From Moniliella sp. 'wahieum' (taxonomy: Eukaryota), in assembly GCA_003971905.1 (NCBI GenBank), contig RSEE01000018.1, positions 558,001 to 622,000 of the forward strand: 64,000 nt of DNA. The letters are read 5' to 3'. Positions 1 to 11,120 of the stretch are shown piece after piece. The stretch's first letter is position 1, and every line of letters starts with the position of its first letter. The position numbers were made by a program, and so were the translations under genes. The notes below the pieces were generated by a model that was given only the letters and a program-made list of their open reading frames with translations, did no database searches and had not been told where the DNA came from.

Positions 1-3000
1 CCATTCCACTTCCCAATGGGGACTCGCTCCGTTCGAAGATCAAGCAGGTTGCTTCGGCCGGTTTGGTGTCACGTCCAACTACCTTGCCGACAGCGACGAG
101 CTGCAGATCAAGATGGCGCAGGGGGCCAAGCCTGGTGAGGGCGGTGAGTTGCCAGGCCACAAGGTGTCGCCATCGATTGCGCGTACGCGTCACTCGACCG
201 CGGGTGTCGGTCTCATTTCCCCCCCTCCTCATCATGACATTTACTCGATTGAGGACTTGAAGCAGCTGATCTACGACCTCAAGTGCGCCAACCCTCGCGC
301 GCGTGAGCGTCAAGCTTGTGTCCGAAGTGGGTGTTGGCATTGTGGCGGCGGGTGTGGCCAAGGCCAAGGCGGACCATGTGCTGGTCTCGGGTCACGACGG
401 TGGTACGGGTGCGTCGCGCTGGACTGGCATCAAGTACGCCGGACTTCCCTGGGAGTTGGGTCTGGCCGAGACGCACCAGACATTGGTGCTCAACGACCTG
501 CGTGGCCGCGTGACGGTGCAGACTGACGGTCAACTTCGCACTGGTCGCGACTTGGCCATCGCTACGCTCCTAGGTGCCGAAGAGTATGGCTTTGCCACCA
601 CGCCCCTCATTGTGATGGGCTGCATCATGATGCGCAAGTGCTTGGGTGTGGACACGCTGGTGCGCACGCTGGGCGGTGCGCGACGAAACGCATTGGCGAT
701 ATTGCCCTTGGCGACACGCTGTTGGACGACAGCAACAACCCTGTGCTTGTCATGTCGGTGGGCGATGTGGAAACGGGGGAGATGTACCAGGTTGCATACA
801 CTCTTGATGGCGAGGAAAGCGCTTTGAGTGCACGCCGGACCACATTCTTTCTTTGGCAGCCGTGGGCGTGGAGCCCACGATGGAGAACAAGACGGTCGAG
901 TTTTACAAGCGCTGCGTGTCGGGCAAAAAGCTGGACCAGGCGGCCGAGCACGCGCCTCGTGTATGATGCACGACCTTGTAACTCTGGCGATGTCCAAGAC
1001 TTGGACCGCGAAGATGAGGTGGACGAGGAGATTGGGTATGTTATTTGGATCTTGTCCCGTGCAGCGAAGGCGTACTGACTCGCATATACCTTTAGCTCTG
1101 AGATGTTACCAAGGAGTTGCTCAGCGGGCACCGTCACCGTGCCCACGCGACGGGCGCATCGCCATTCGACCCTCGCAGTTGCGTCCATGGCAAGGAAACC
1201 GTCCACGTTTCCTTTGACCTTGGCGTCGCCATGCCCGAGCTCGAGAGCGACCACGGTCGGACGCTTCGTCGACGGCCCCTGGCACCCCAGCCATCGAGCC
1301 TGCCGCCGACACGGTGGCCCTTGGCCCGGTGGATGAACTGGTGTTGAGTGAAACTGCCAAGGCACCTGCGCCCGTTCGTGCCACCGAGGAGCCCTTCCTC
1401 CGTGTTGGGGCTCAACTGCAAGGCCGCCTTGCCCTTCTCAAGGAGAAGATCCAGGAGGCAAGTGAGTGCTCCTGCGGTGGCCTGCACAAGGTCTCGCTTG
1501 AGCTGGCGTCCGAAGAGCAGGCACAACTGGTTAACAGCCTCCTCTTCTCTGAGCACCACCACCTTGTTGAGCCCAGCCTCGTTTTGGATGGCGACCGGTT
1601 CGAGGCGACAGCTGAGGACCTTCTCAACCACTCCCACCCTAAGCTCCGTCTTTTCCGCCCTGCCAACCAGGCCGAGTTGGGGCTGGCGCAGGACGATGCG
1701 TACTTTGTTGGTGCCTGGTTGGGCGATGGAGATGCCCACCGGGCCACGCTGGCCGCTTCGGATGCGGAAATGCTGGTGTGGTTGCACAAGTATGTGGAAC
1801 AGCTGAACGCGACGCGTCCCCAGGGCGCGACCGAGCTCAAGGTAGTCAGCCGGAAGGTGACTGCGGTTGGGGACCTGGTCGGATCCAATGCGTTTGCTCG
1901 GGCCGACATGTTTAAGCACACGGTTCTTGCCCAAGACTGGAACCCGCTGGAGGCGAAGCTTACCGACCTAGGCCTTCTCGGCACCAAGGAGCGCCGCATC
2001 CCTATTGAGGCCTTCCCTTCGACTGAGGCCAAGCGGGCCCTGTTAGCTGGTCTGCTCGACACGGACGGATCTTACCTCCGTTTCAGTGGCCAGTACGTCT
2101 TTGCTCAGACCGCCGAAGGCCACATGGGGCTGGTCGAGGATGTGGCGTTGCTGGCCAAGGAACTGGGCATCTGCACCAGTGGTGTGGCCACGGAGCCGGG
2201 GGCTTCTGTGGTGACGCTAAGCGGACCCGGCCTGGCGCAGCTGCAGCCCTACTTGCTGTACGAGCGGAAGCGCATGCCTGCGGTGGCGAGCGACATGGAG
2301 GTGGCGCCGTTTGTGCTGACCAAGTTGACGGGCGAGCGGGAATACCGTGGGGTGGAGGTCTCGGGCGGCCACTTCCAGCTGGAGGATGGCTTGGTGGCGC
2401 ATAACTGCCACCTCAACACGTGCCCCGTTGGCATTGCCACTCAAGACCCCGAGTTGCGAGAGAAGTTTGCCGGCCAGCCCGAGCATGTGATCAACTTCTT
2501 CTACTACCTTGCCGAGGAGCTGCGTGGGATCATGGCCAAGCTGGGGATGCGTACCATCAACGAGATGGTCGGTCGCTCGGAGCTGCTCAAGGCTGACTAT
2601 ACTGGACGCAACGTCAAAGCATCCAAGCTGGATCTGAGCGCCATCCTCAAGCCTGCACATGAACTGCGCCCCGGTGCAGCGACGTACAAGGTGCGTCAGC
2701 AGGACCACCGTCTCTACGTTCGGATGGACAACAAGTTCATCTCGGAAGCCGAGCCGGCTCTGATGGAAGGTCTGCCCGTTCAAGTTGACTGCGAGGTGGT
2801 CAACACGGACCGCGCGCTGGGTGCCACCTTGTCGTACCGTGTGTCCAAGTTGTACGGCGAGGAAGGTTTGGCACGAGACACGATCCACATCAATGCCAAG
2901 GGTTCGGCTGGCCAATCGTGTGGTGCATTCCTTGCCCCCGGTATCACGCTCGAGCTCGAGGGCGACGCGAACGACTATGTCGGAAAGGGCATGTCGGGTG

Positions 3001-5289
3001 GCCGTCTGATCATCTACCCGCCCAAGAACTCGGCGTTCAAGGCAGAGGAGAACATTTTGATTGGCAACACGTGCTTGTACGGCGCGACGACAGGTAATGC
3101 CTACTTCCGTGGCATTGCGGCCGAGCGCTTTGCGGTGCGCAACTCGGGCGCGCATGCGGTGGTGGAAGGTGTGGGAGACCACGGGTGCGAGTACATGACG
3201 GGTGGCCGGGTCGTGGTGCTGGGCAGCACTGGCCGCAACTTTGCCGCCGGGATGAGTGGTGGTTTGCGTATGTGCTGGACATGAACCGCGACTTCTACTC
3301 GCGGTGCAACACGGAGATGGTGGAGCTGGGTCCGGTCAAGGAGCCTCACGAGATTGCCGAGCTGCGCAACCTGATTGAGAACCACCGTCACTACACGGGC
3401 TCGACGGTTGCCGAACATGTGATTCGCGACTTCCACCATCTTTTGCCTCGCTTTGTGCGCGTGATGCCATACGACTATAAGCGTGTGCTTGAGGAGGAGG
3501 CAGCCAAGGCGGCGGCCGAGAAGAAGCGCTCGAGCCATGTGGACTTGCTCGGAACCCTGTCGCGGCACAGCTCCCAGGTCAGCCTGTTGGAGGAAGAGCA
3601 GCAAGAGCAGGAGAAGGCGGCCGCCGCCAAGGCTGAGCCGGCCGAGGTGGACATTGAAGATGCGCTGCTGGATGCCGAGAAGGCCAAGACGGCGCTGGCC
3701 AAGCTGGACAAGTTGCGTGGATTCAAAAAGTACCGTCGTCGTGCGGAAAAGTACCGTCAGCCCAACGTGCGCGCCAAGGACTTTAAGGAACTGTCCAACC
3801 GCCTGACCGATGCCGAGCTCAAGGTGCAGACTGCTCGCTGCATGGACTGTGGTGTGCCCTTCTGCCAGTCGGACACGGGCTGCCCGATCAGCAATGTGAT
3901 CCCCAAGTGGAACGACTTGGTGTTCAACGGGCGCTGGGAAGAAGCCTACTGGAAGCTCATGTCTACCAACAACTTCCCCGAGTTTACCGGCCGCGTGTGC
4001 CCCGCGCCTTGCGAAGGCGCGTGTGTGCTGGGCATCATTGAGTCGCCGGTGGGCATCAAGACGGTGGAGCGGGCGATTATTGACAAGGCGTTTGAGCTGG
4101 GCCTGGTCAAGCCCCAGCCGCCGGTGCACCGGACGGGCAAGACTGTGGCCATTGTGGGTTCGGGTCCGGCCGGGATGGCGTGTGCGGACCAGCTGAACAA
4201 GGCGGGTCACTCGGTCACGGTCTTTGAACGCGCTGATCGTCCGTTTGGTTTGGCCATGTACGGTATTCCCAACATGAAGCTGGACAAGGGGGTGGTCATG
4301 CGTCGTGCCGAGCTGCTGCAAGCCGAGGGCGTGGACATCCAATGTGGCGTGGAGGTGGGACGGGACGTGGATGCGGCCGAGCTCAAGGAACAGTTTGACG
4401 AGCTGGTCTTTGCCACTGGCGCCACCTGGCCGAGGGACCTGCGTGTGGACGGACGCGATGCCAACGGGGTTCTGTTTGCGATGGACTTTTTGGGCGCCAA
4501 CACCAAGTCGCTGTTGGATTCGGGCTGCAGGACGGAAACTTCTACAATGCCAAGGGCAAGAACGTGATTGTCATTGGCGGTGGCGACACGGGCAATGACT
4601 GCATTGGTACCTCGGTTCGGCACGGCGCCGCATCGGTGGTCAACTTTGAGTTGTGCCCCAGCCGCCCGCGTCGCGCGCGCGCGACAACCCTTGGCCTCAG
4701 TGGCCCCGCATCTTCCGCACTGACTATGGTCACACTGAGGTGACGGACCACTATGGTCAAGACCCGCGCACTACCAAATCTCGACGACCAAGTTTGAAAA
4801 GGACGAGGAGAACAATCTCGTTGCCGTGCACACGGTGGAGGTCGCCTGGGAGAAGGACGCGAGCGGAAAGTGGCAGATGAACAAGGTGCCCGGTACGGAG
4901 AAGCGGTGGCCGTGTGAGTTGTGCCTCTTGGCACTGGGTTTCCTCGGCCCAGAGAACGAGGCGATCAAGTCGTTGGAGCTCAAGCAGGATGCTCGCTCCA
5001 ACATCTTGGCCGCCGACTCGAAGGGCGCCACTCCCTTCCGCCTCGGTGCCGGGCGTGTGGGCGTGTGGCGACGCTCGTCGCGGCCAATCGCTGGTGTGTG
5101 GGGCCATCCACGAAGGTCGGGCATGCGCGCAGGCCATTGACGAGCAGTTGCGTGGTACCAGCCGCCTTCCCTGGGCCGGCTCCATCCCCAAGCGCACTTA
5201 CCCTTGGACGAGCAAGGAGGTGGAGTTGCTCCAGCGGCATAAGCGCCCCACACCGCACTACAGATGAGGCCCCTACTCTGTATGATTGA
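1..5289 (+). CDS. GLT1: NADH-dependent glutamate synthase (fused large and small subunit; 5' end lies outside the window), interrupted by an intein; several apparent frameshift errors
   Basis: Motifs: [157 protein letters not shown]. The stop is at 5267 or 5289 depending on the terminal frameshift. Confidence 0.97.
639..2405 (+). mobile_element. Full-length intein with LAGLIDADG homing endonuclease, inserted in GLT1
   Basis: The insertion splits the conserved [13 protein letters not shown]. Block A CLGVDTLV starts at 639. Block [10 protein letters not shown] has TxxH at 832-843, in a shifted frame. LAGLIDADG-like motifs are [11 protein letters not shown] (~1701-1733) and [11 protein letters not shown] (~2040-2072). 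Blocks F/G are [21 protein letters not shown], ending at 2405, followed by the +1 Cys at 2406. Confidence 0.96.
1036..1095 (+). other. Putative 60-nt spliceosomal intron nested inside the intein-coding sequence
   Basis: Donor GTATGT (1036-1041), branch point TACTGAC (1073-1079), acceptor CCTTTAG ending at 1095. The segment is AT-richer than its flanks and contains the TGA (1076-1078) that terminates the upstream intein frame. Confidence 0.8.
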
Positions 5290-5861
5290 TCGATCAAAGT
5301 TGTCTCGAAGATCCAGCCAAGTGTGAATGGATTCCGTGTTTTCCCGTTCCCCTGGTGGTAATTGTAGTGCTCCAAGTACATAGGCGCATGTTTTACTCAT
5401 AGGCGAATCGTTACCAGTCACTCTGTCGTGGGTGGATCCTTTCCTTTGTTGTCACCCAACAAGGTCTACCATTCCTCGCATGGCAGCAATCAATCCAATC
5501 ATTACATAGATGCGAAAGGACCTGGGTCGGGTCGCTTGTCCAGTCCTGGCGCAGGACGCTGGACGGGGGGAAGGAGGTGAGCAGCCGAGAACATGTGACA
5601 CAACAGTCTGGGAAAGCCTTGCCTTGGGTGAGGCGCCAAGCGAGACAAATCGAGTCGCCTCAGAAGACCCCAAAGATGTCATCCAGGCCTCCTCAAGGGC
5701 AAGGCGCATGAATTGGAGCAGCGCGGGGGGGGGGGGGTATGCAGAGAGGAAAATCGTCCGATGATGCGATGTGACAGGGGAGAGGTGGAAGCTGAAGGGA
5801 GGGAGGGGGCATATCTGCCTAGTATGTGCAAGAGGAGAAAAAGCAGGGTTCCCCTTCACGT

Positions 5862-7070
5862 TCACCGTTGCAGGCCGTACATATTGTCGTACGTCGGAGT
5901 GGTGAGCGCGGGTGCTTGCCCCGCCGTGTGGGGTGCTGATGTTGCTGCCGGGTGCTCGTACGCAGGCTGCGCATAGCCGGCTTCGCTATAGCCAGCTTCG
6001 CTATAGCCGGCGTGCTGGGCCGTAGGATCGGCGTACCCATACCCATACCCAGACTCAGCTGGCGGATAGGCAGCAGCGTCTGTCGCGGGATAAGTAGATG
6101 GGTAGGCGTGCGGGTTGTAAGGGTCGTTCGTGGGCGCGTAGGGGTCGGGGTAGACGCCTGCGTGGGGACCTACCGGCCCAGTGGGGGGGTAGCCAGGCGT
6201 AGCATAGTCATCATGGTGCTCGGCGTGATGCAGCAGCCCTGCCTCTTCGCGTGCATCCGCCTCGTCCTTGACGACCATCCCTTCGTCGGAGAAGGAGGCA
6301 TCGTCGTTCTTGTGCCACAGCCCACGGGAGCGCTGGGAGCGGGAGGACTTGTAGCGGCTCAGGGGCATACCTTGACCATACGCCACCGAATCGCCACCCA
6401 TGCCCAAAGCTGGCGCGTTGGCGATGCCGGTCTGCGTAGTGCCGGCGCGCACGGCACAAGCCAGCACCCAATCCACAGGAGCCAAGCAAAATGATAATCC
6501 AGGCAGCCAATGTGAGCCAGAGAGCACTGCCAAGAGAGGCGTGGATGCCCGATTCGGCATCTTTGAGCCGGTTCTTGAGGATGAGGAAGGTGGCCAGGTC
6601 GAAAATGAAAGCGGCGCACGCCAATGTAGAGGCAATGCCAGTAAGTACGCCGCTCAAGCAGGGCGATAGGCATCCATCGCACATGGAAAAGAGGCCAAAC
6701 ACAGCGGCAGCGGCGGCGATGCCAGCAGTGATGGATGGAGGACCATGGTGTAGGTGAGGCCCTTGACGAGCCCCGAGGAGAGTTTCCCGCTCAAGGCGCC
6801 GGCCTCCGATCCGGCGCCAACTTCTTGGAGGAGGTGGGAGAGGTCAAAGGTGTAGCCGAGCTTGGCAGAGGTGCAGTTGGAGGCAAGGCAGTAACCCAGG
6901 CACCCGAAGGACGCTTCGGTGCCTTTGGGGAGGGAGTGCCCCGAGATCTGAATGGAGGAGAGGTCGACGGTGAGGAAGGCGAGGGACTTGATGATGGGGG
7001 TGCTGCATGTCACCACGGCCATCACGGCGCCGACCAAGACAAGGAAAGAGCCCGGAGCAGCAGGCAGCAT
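5862..7070 (-). CDS. SUR7/PalI (Rim9-like) family multi-pass membrane protein with a Tyr/Pro/Ala-rich C-terminal tail; frameshifted
   Basis: N-terminal hydrophobic helix, the motif FGCLGYC..CTSAKLGY, LTYTMVLHP, further transmembrane segments (AAFIFDLATFLILK; LGSALWLTLAAWIIILLGSC), and a low-complexity tail. Confidence 0.8.
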
Positions 7071-8357
7071 GGCGAGGAGGCGGAGGAGGTGGTGGTGGTG
7101 GGCAGGCGGTGCGTCCGTGCCGCCGCTCCTTGGGGGTAATCAGCAACCAGCGAAGGACAGGAGGGAGCTGCGGAGCGTGCTGACGTCAGCGAGGCAGTGC
7201 AAGGGGCAGCGAGCATCCGTGCATCCGCTCCGCAGCAGCGACGCCCATCGAAATCCAGCGCAGCACGGCGCCAGCCGGCCGCCCGGGGGCGTCTGTCGGC
7301 TCTGCGTATCCACCGGAGCTCCGCCGACGTCATAACGGCAACGCGATGATCGTAATCGATAATCGATGATCGATGTCCGCCAACCAGCCACTGGCAGCGA
7401 TGGGTTGCACGACATGGGTCACACACCGCCCAGGATGCAACCGTGTCTAGTGACTAGTGACTTGCGTGTCCCACACCGCGTGTCCCATGGACGTCGCTCT
7501 TCAGGCTTCCCACAATCAGAGGAGAGCATCAGATCCCGAGGAGACCGAGAGCGGGGCTGCGAAAAAACAAAAACAAAAACACCCGCTCATGCCAGTGATG
7601 AATATTGAATTGCGATGCATGACGGATCTGAATACAATGCATCACACGTCAGAGTCCCTGTGACGCGGTGATGGCCACTAGGTCACTCGAGGCGTTGGAC
7701 GTAGGACATGGGTCATCGATGATCAAGGCATGCTGGCATGTGGCACACTGGGCAGTACTGGGCAGTGATTTTGATGTGATGCGGCCCAGAGGCTTACCTA
7801 AGGTCTTCTGAAATGCGTGATGCATGATGCATGATGCATGATGACTCTATCCCGCCCCACCTGCCGGACGAGTGGGCTGGTGCCGGCGGGGGCACTGCTG
7901 AAGCCTGCCGGGGGAGCGCTGACTGATCGGAGCAGGGCCAGGCACGTCGCGGCACAGATCGGCGCCCCGCTGGCTACAGTGCGCTGGTGGGAGGGGGTGG
8001 CCCGCAGGGCGCCAGTGGAGTGTGGGCGTGGGCGGCGGCGGCTGCGTGGCACAGACGCCGTGCCGGCGCGCGGCATGCAGCTCCCGTGGGACCAGTACCT
8101 GACATGCGCTGGGCGAGCGTTTGGCTGGGCAGCACTGCGCCACGGGGGCAGTGTGGAGCGGCCGCGGCGGACGCAAAGCTTCTGGTGCCCACCGCCTCTG
8201 CAGGCTGCTGTGCGCCGCCGGCGCACCACCCGACGGGCAGCTGTACTCAGTACTCAGTACTCGTCCTCCCTCGCCTTGACTCAGTCCAGCTCCTCCACGC
8301 GCCCCCCGCCCCCACCGCCGCTGCCTGCCCCCGACACGCCCTCGCGCCTCCGCCGCC

Positions 8358-10339
8358 ATGCCCCCGCCCCCCGCGCCCGCGCCCGCCCTCGCCCCCTCCC
8401 CCTCGCCCTCGCCCACCCCCAGGCGCCGCAGCCTCCTCGCCAACATCGTCCCCTCCACCCACCGCCCCCACCCAGCCCCCTCGCCCGCGCCCGACGCCAC
8501 CTCCTCCACGCCCCGGCCCACCCGCCCTCGGCCCCCCACAGCCCCCACTCCCTCAACCCCTTCAGGTCCGCCTCCAAGCTGCCCCTCGACCCCGCTCCCC
8601 TCGCCCCGCTGCCCCCTGCCTCCACCGCCTCTGCCTCCACCGACGCGCTCCCCCCATCAGTACCCCGCCGAGGCCCACACCCCCACCGTCGGCGCTACAC
8701 CGACACGCGCCAGATCGACCAGCTGGCCAGCGAGTTGGCCGCCGAGCAGTCCTGGGAGGCCCAGAACCTCCAGCGCCGCATGCTTTCCCCCGGCGCCTAC
8801 GCCTCGCCCCCGGGTGCCTCGCCCGCCGCAAGCCAGAGTAGCCTGCTCGCGCCATCCCTTCGCCCCTCCTCCTCCCTCGCCCGGGCTCCTCCCGTCTGTC
8901 CCCGCTAGCACCCTACCACGCGTCTCCCCAGGCCGTCTTTACGCGCCCCCTCGGCTCTCCCGAAACACGCAGCTTGGACGCCCTCTCCTACCGAAGTGGC
9001 AGCTCTATCCCCCGCACCACCCGCTCTTCCCCTGCCCGCACGGGGTACGGGATGAGCCCCGACTTGATGGCCGGCCTCAGTGATGGGCCCTATCCCTCCC
9101 TTGGGCGGCGCTTGCCCCCGACCCCATCTTCCCGGACGGCCTCGAGTTTGGTCTGCCAGTGGTACAGGAGAACGAGCCACAGGGCAAGGGCAAGGGCAAG
9201 GGCAAAGCCCGCACCAGCTCTGTCGGCCAATCCTCCCCGCTCCGTCCGAACGAATCGCGTCGCTCCTCGACCGACACGCGACATATTCGGCGGGCAGTGA
9301 TGAGCATGTCGCTCCATGACCCCGTTCAAGAAGCGGCAGTGGCTGTGCCGCCCAAAAAATCCGGCTGGTCTTCCCCGTTTGGTGGGTCTCGCTCCGCCTC
9401 CCGCGCCGGCTCGCGGGCTGGATCGCGTGCAGGAACGCCTTCGGCGAGCCAGGCCAATTTGCGCGACACACTGTCCATGTCGCCTGCTGCGTCGTCAGCC
9501 TCCGTTGCCGGGACCTGGTCTACCACGCTGCCCAATCGGTCCACCACCTCGGTTGCGACGTCTGGCCGACGGCGTGGGTCGTTATTTGGTCTGCGGAGGC
9601 ATAAGGATCAACTCTCGCCACTTCCCTCGCCCGTCCCCTCCAAGCCACCCTCACCTCAAGAGACGACCAAGGCGCCTTCCACAGCAGGTCCGGCCTCGGC
9701 ACCCCCCAGTGCCACTTTGTCCGGCTCAGCAGCCAATCGGCCGTCCCGCAAATCTTCTACGCCAACGCAGCCGCCTACGCAAGCTGCATCCCATGGTGGA
9801 GACTCGGCCACCTCTCGTCCTGATGATCCCTCCAGCCCGCCATCAACGGAGACCAAAAGGGCCTCCGTGTGCCCAAGCTCGCCGCTGTGCTCTCTCCGCC
9901 CAGCAAGTCGCCCAGCAAGCCGCCCGCTCCGGAAGCCCAGGGCACCCCTCTGCCCCCGTTGCGCCCCGCTTGCCCCCGACAGCCGCGCAAGGCTCCAAAG
10001 TGCCCATGCCAGCGACATCGCCGGCCTTACCAAGTCCCACGCCTACTCCTAACCGTGCTCCTCAGCATGCTCAGTTATCCCCGCCGCGCAGCCAGCCCGC
10101 TGCTACTGCTTCGGGCCGCGATGCTCCACGAGGCCGGACCCACTCAACACCCAACCCAGTTTCGGGCACCAAGACGCCCGAACCCCCCGCAGCCCCAAGG
10201 GTCCACCAAACCGCCCCCTGCCCCGGCTTCCCAAGGGGGGTTGAGTAAGTTGTTCAAGCGTTTTGGCCGCTCGTCGTCCCATTCCCATTCTCAACCCAAA
10301 ACCAAACCGGCCGGCGGGGTGCAAGTAGGAGGCATTTAA
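8358..10339 (+). CDS. Hypothetical Ser/Pro-rich, probably disordered protein; frameshifted
   Basis: Overlapping long GC-rich ORFs can be joined into one protein-like sequence (RRYTDTRQIDQLASELAAEQSWEAQNLQRR, GKGKGKGK, RRRGSLFGLRR, GGLSKLFKRFG). No family recognised. Confidence 0.55.
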
Positions 10340-11120
10340 ACCACGTGTACACCTGCTCTGGTGATAACCCCTACCCACACACTGCTCCCCCTACCCTGGT
10401 CTCCCTATCCGCTCATTCCGACTGCCCCATGCGAAAGCTCACTTGGCTTTGCTTGATATACTTCGCCTTCGTTTCCCCGCTGCTGCGTTCCCGCTCGCTT
10501 CAATGGACAAACTGGTCTTGTGTTCCCTCCCCTATTCACGTCAGAGTCTGAGTCTGATTTGCGCCCCCTGGTCCCCCCAGGACACGCCCCGGACCGCTGA
10601 CTGTAGGATGGTCGATCGACAAGGTGCCGGCGGTTGGGGCGGAGGAGAGGTTAGTATGCTAGGCGAGCGCTTGTAATTGGGTAGCCTTCTCTCCACCGTT
10701 CCAACAGTGGCTACGACGTTCATGTAGGGGAGAATTGAAGGCACAACAAAGTATGTGCAAAAAGACGTATACAAGGGTGCTAGGGCCGGGGGGGTGGGCA
10801 AGCCAACGATTCTATCGCAACATCGGGACGATCTGACTGCTACGTCGCTATCTCGTCCTCCCGCTGTACTCGTTCTAATCCGCCGGTTGGGAGAAACGTG
10901 GAATCAAAAGAGAGAACAGAGGGGAAGAAGAGAAGCGGAGACCAACCAATTGGCACCATGTACTGCATCTGACCGATAGGTTTCGCATCAACATCGCTCC
11001 ACTGGGAGGCCGTCTAACGAATGAAAAGAGCGTATTGGGACGGTACACAAAGGGGGAATTGAAGGGGTCATAGCCCTAATGAGCGTGGGGACGAAACAAC
11101 AGAAGTTAAACCAGCATGTC

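Noticed and set aside
625..4342. Long antisense ORFs over GLT1, and similar ones over other genes
   Set aside because: Expected shadow ORFs of GC-rich, codon-biased coding sequence.
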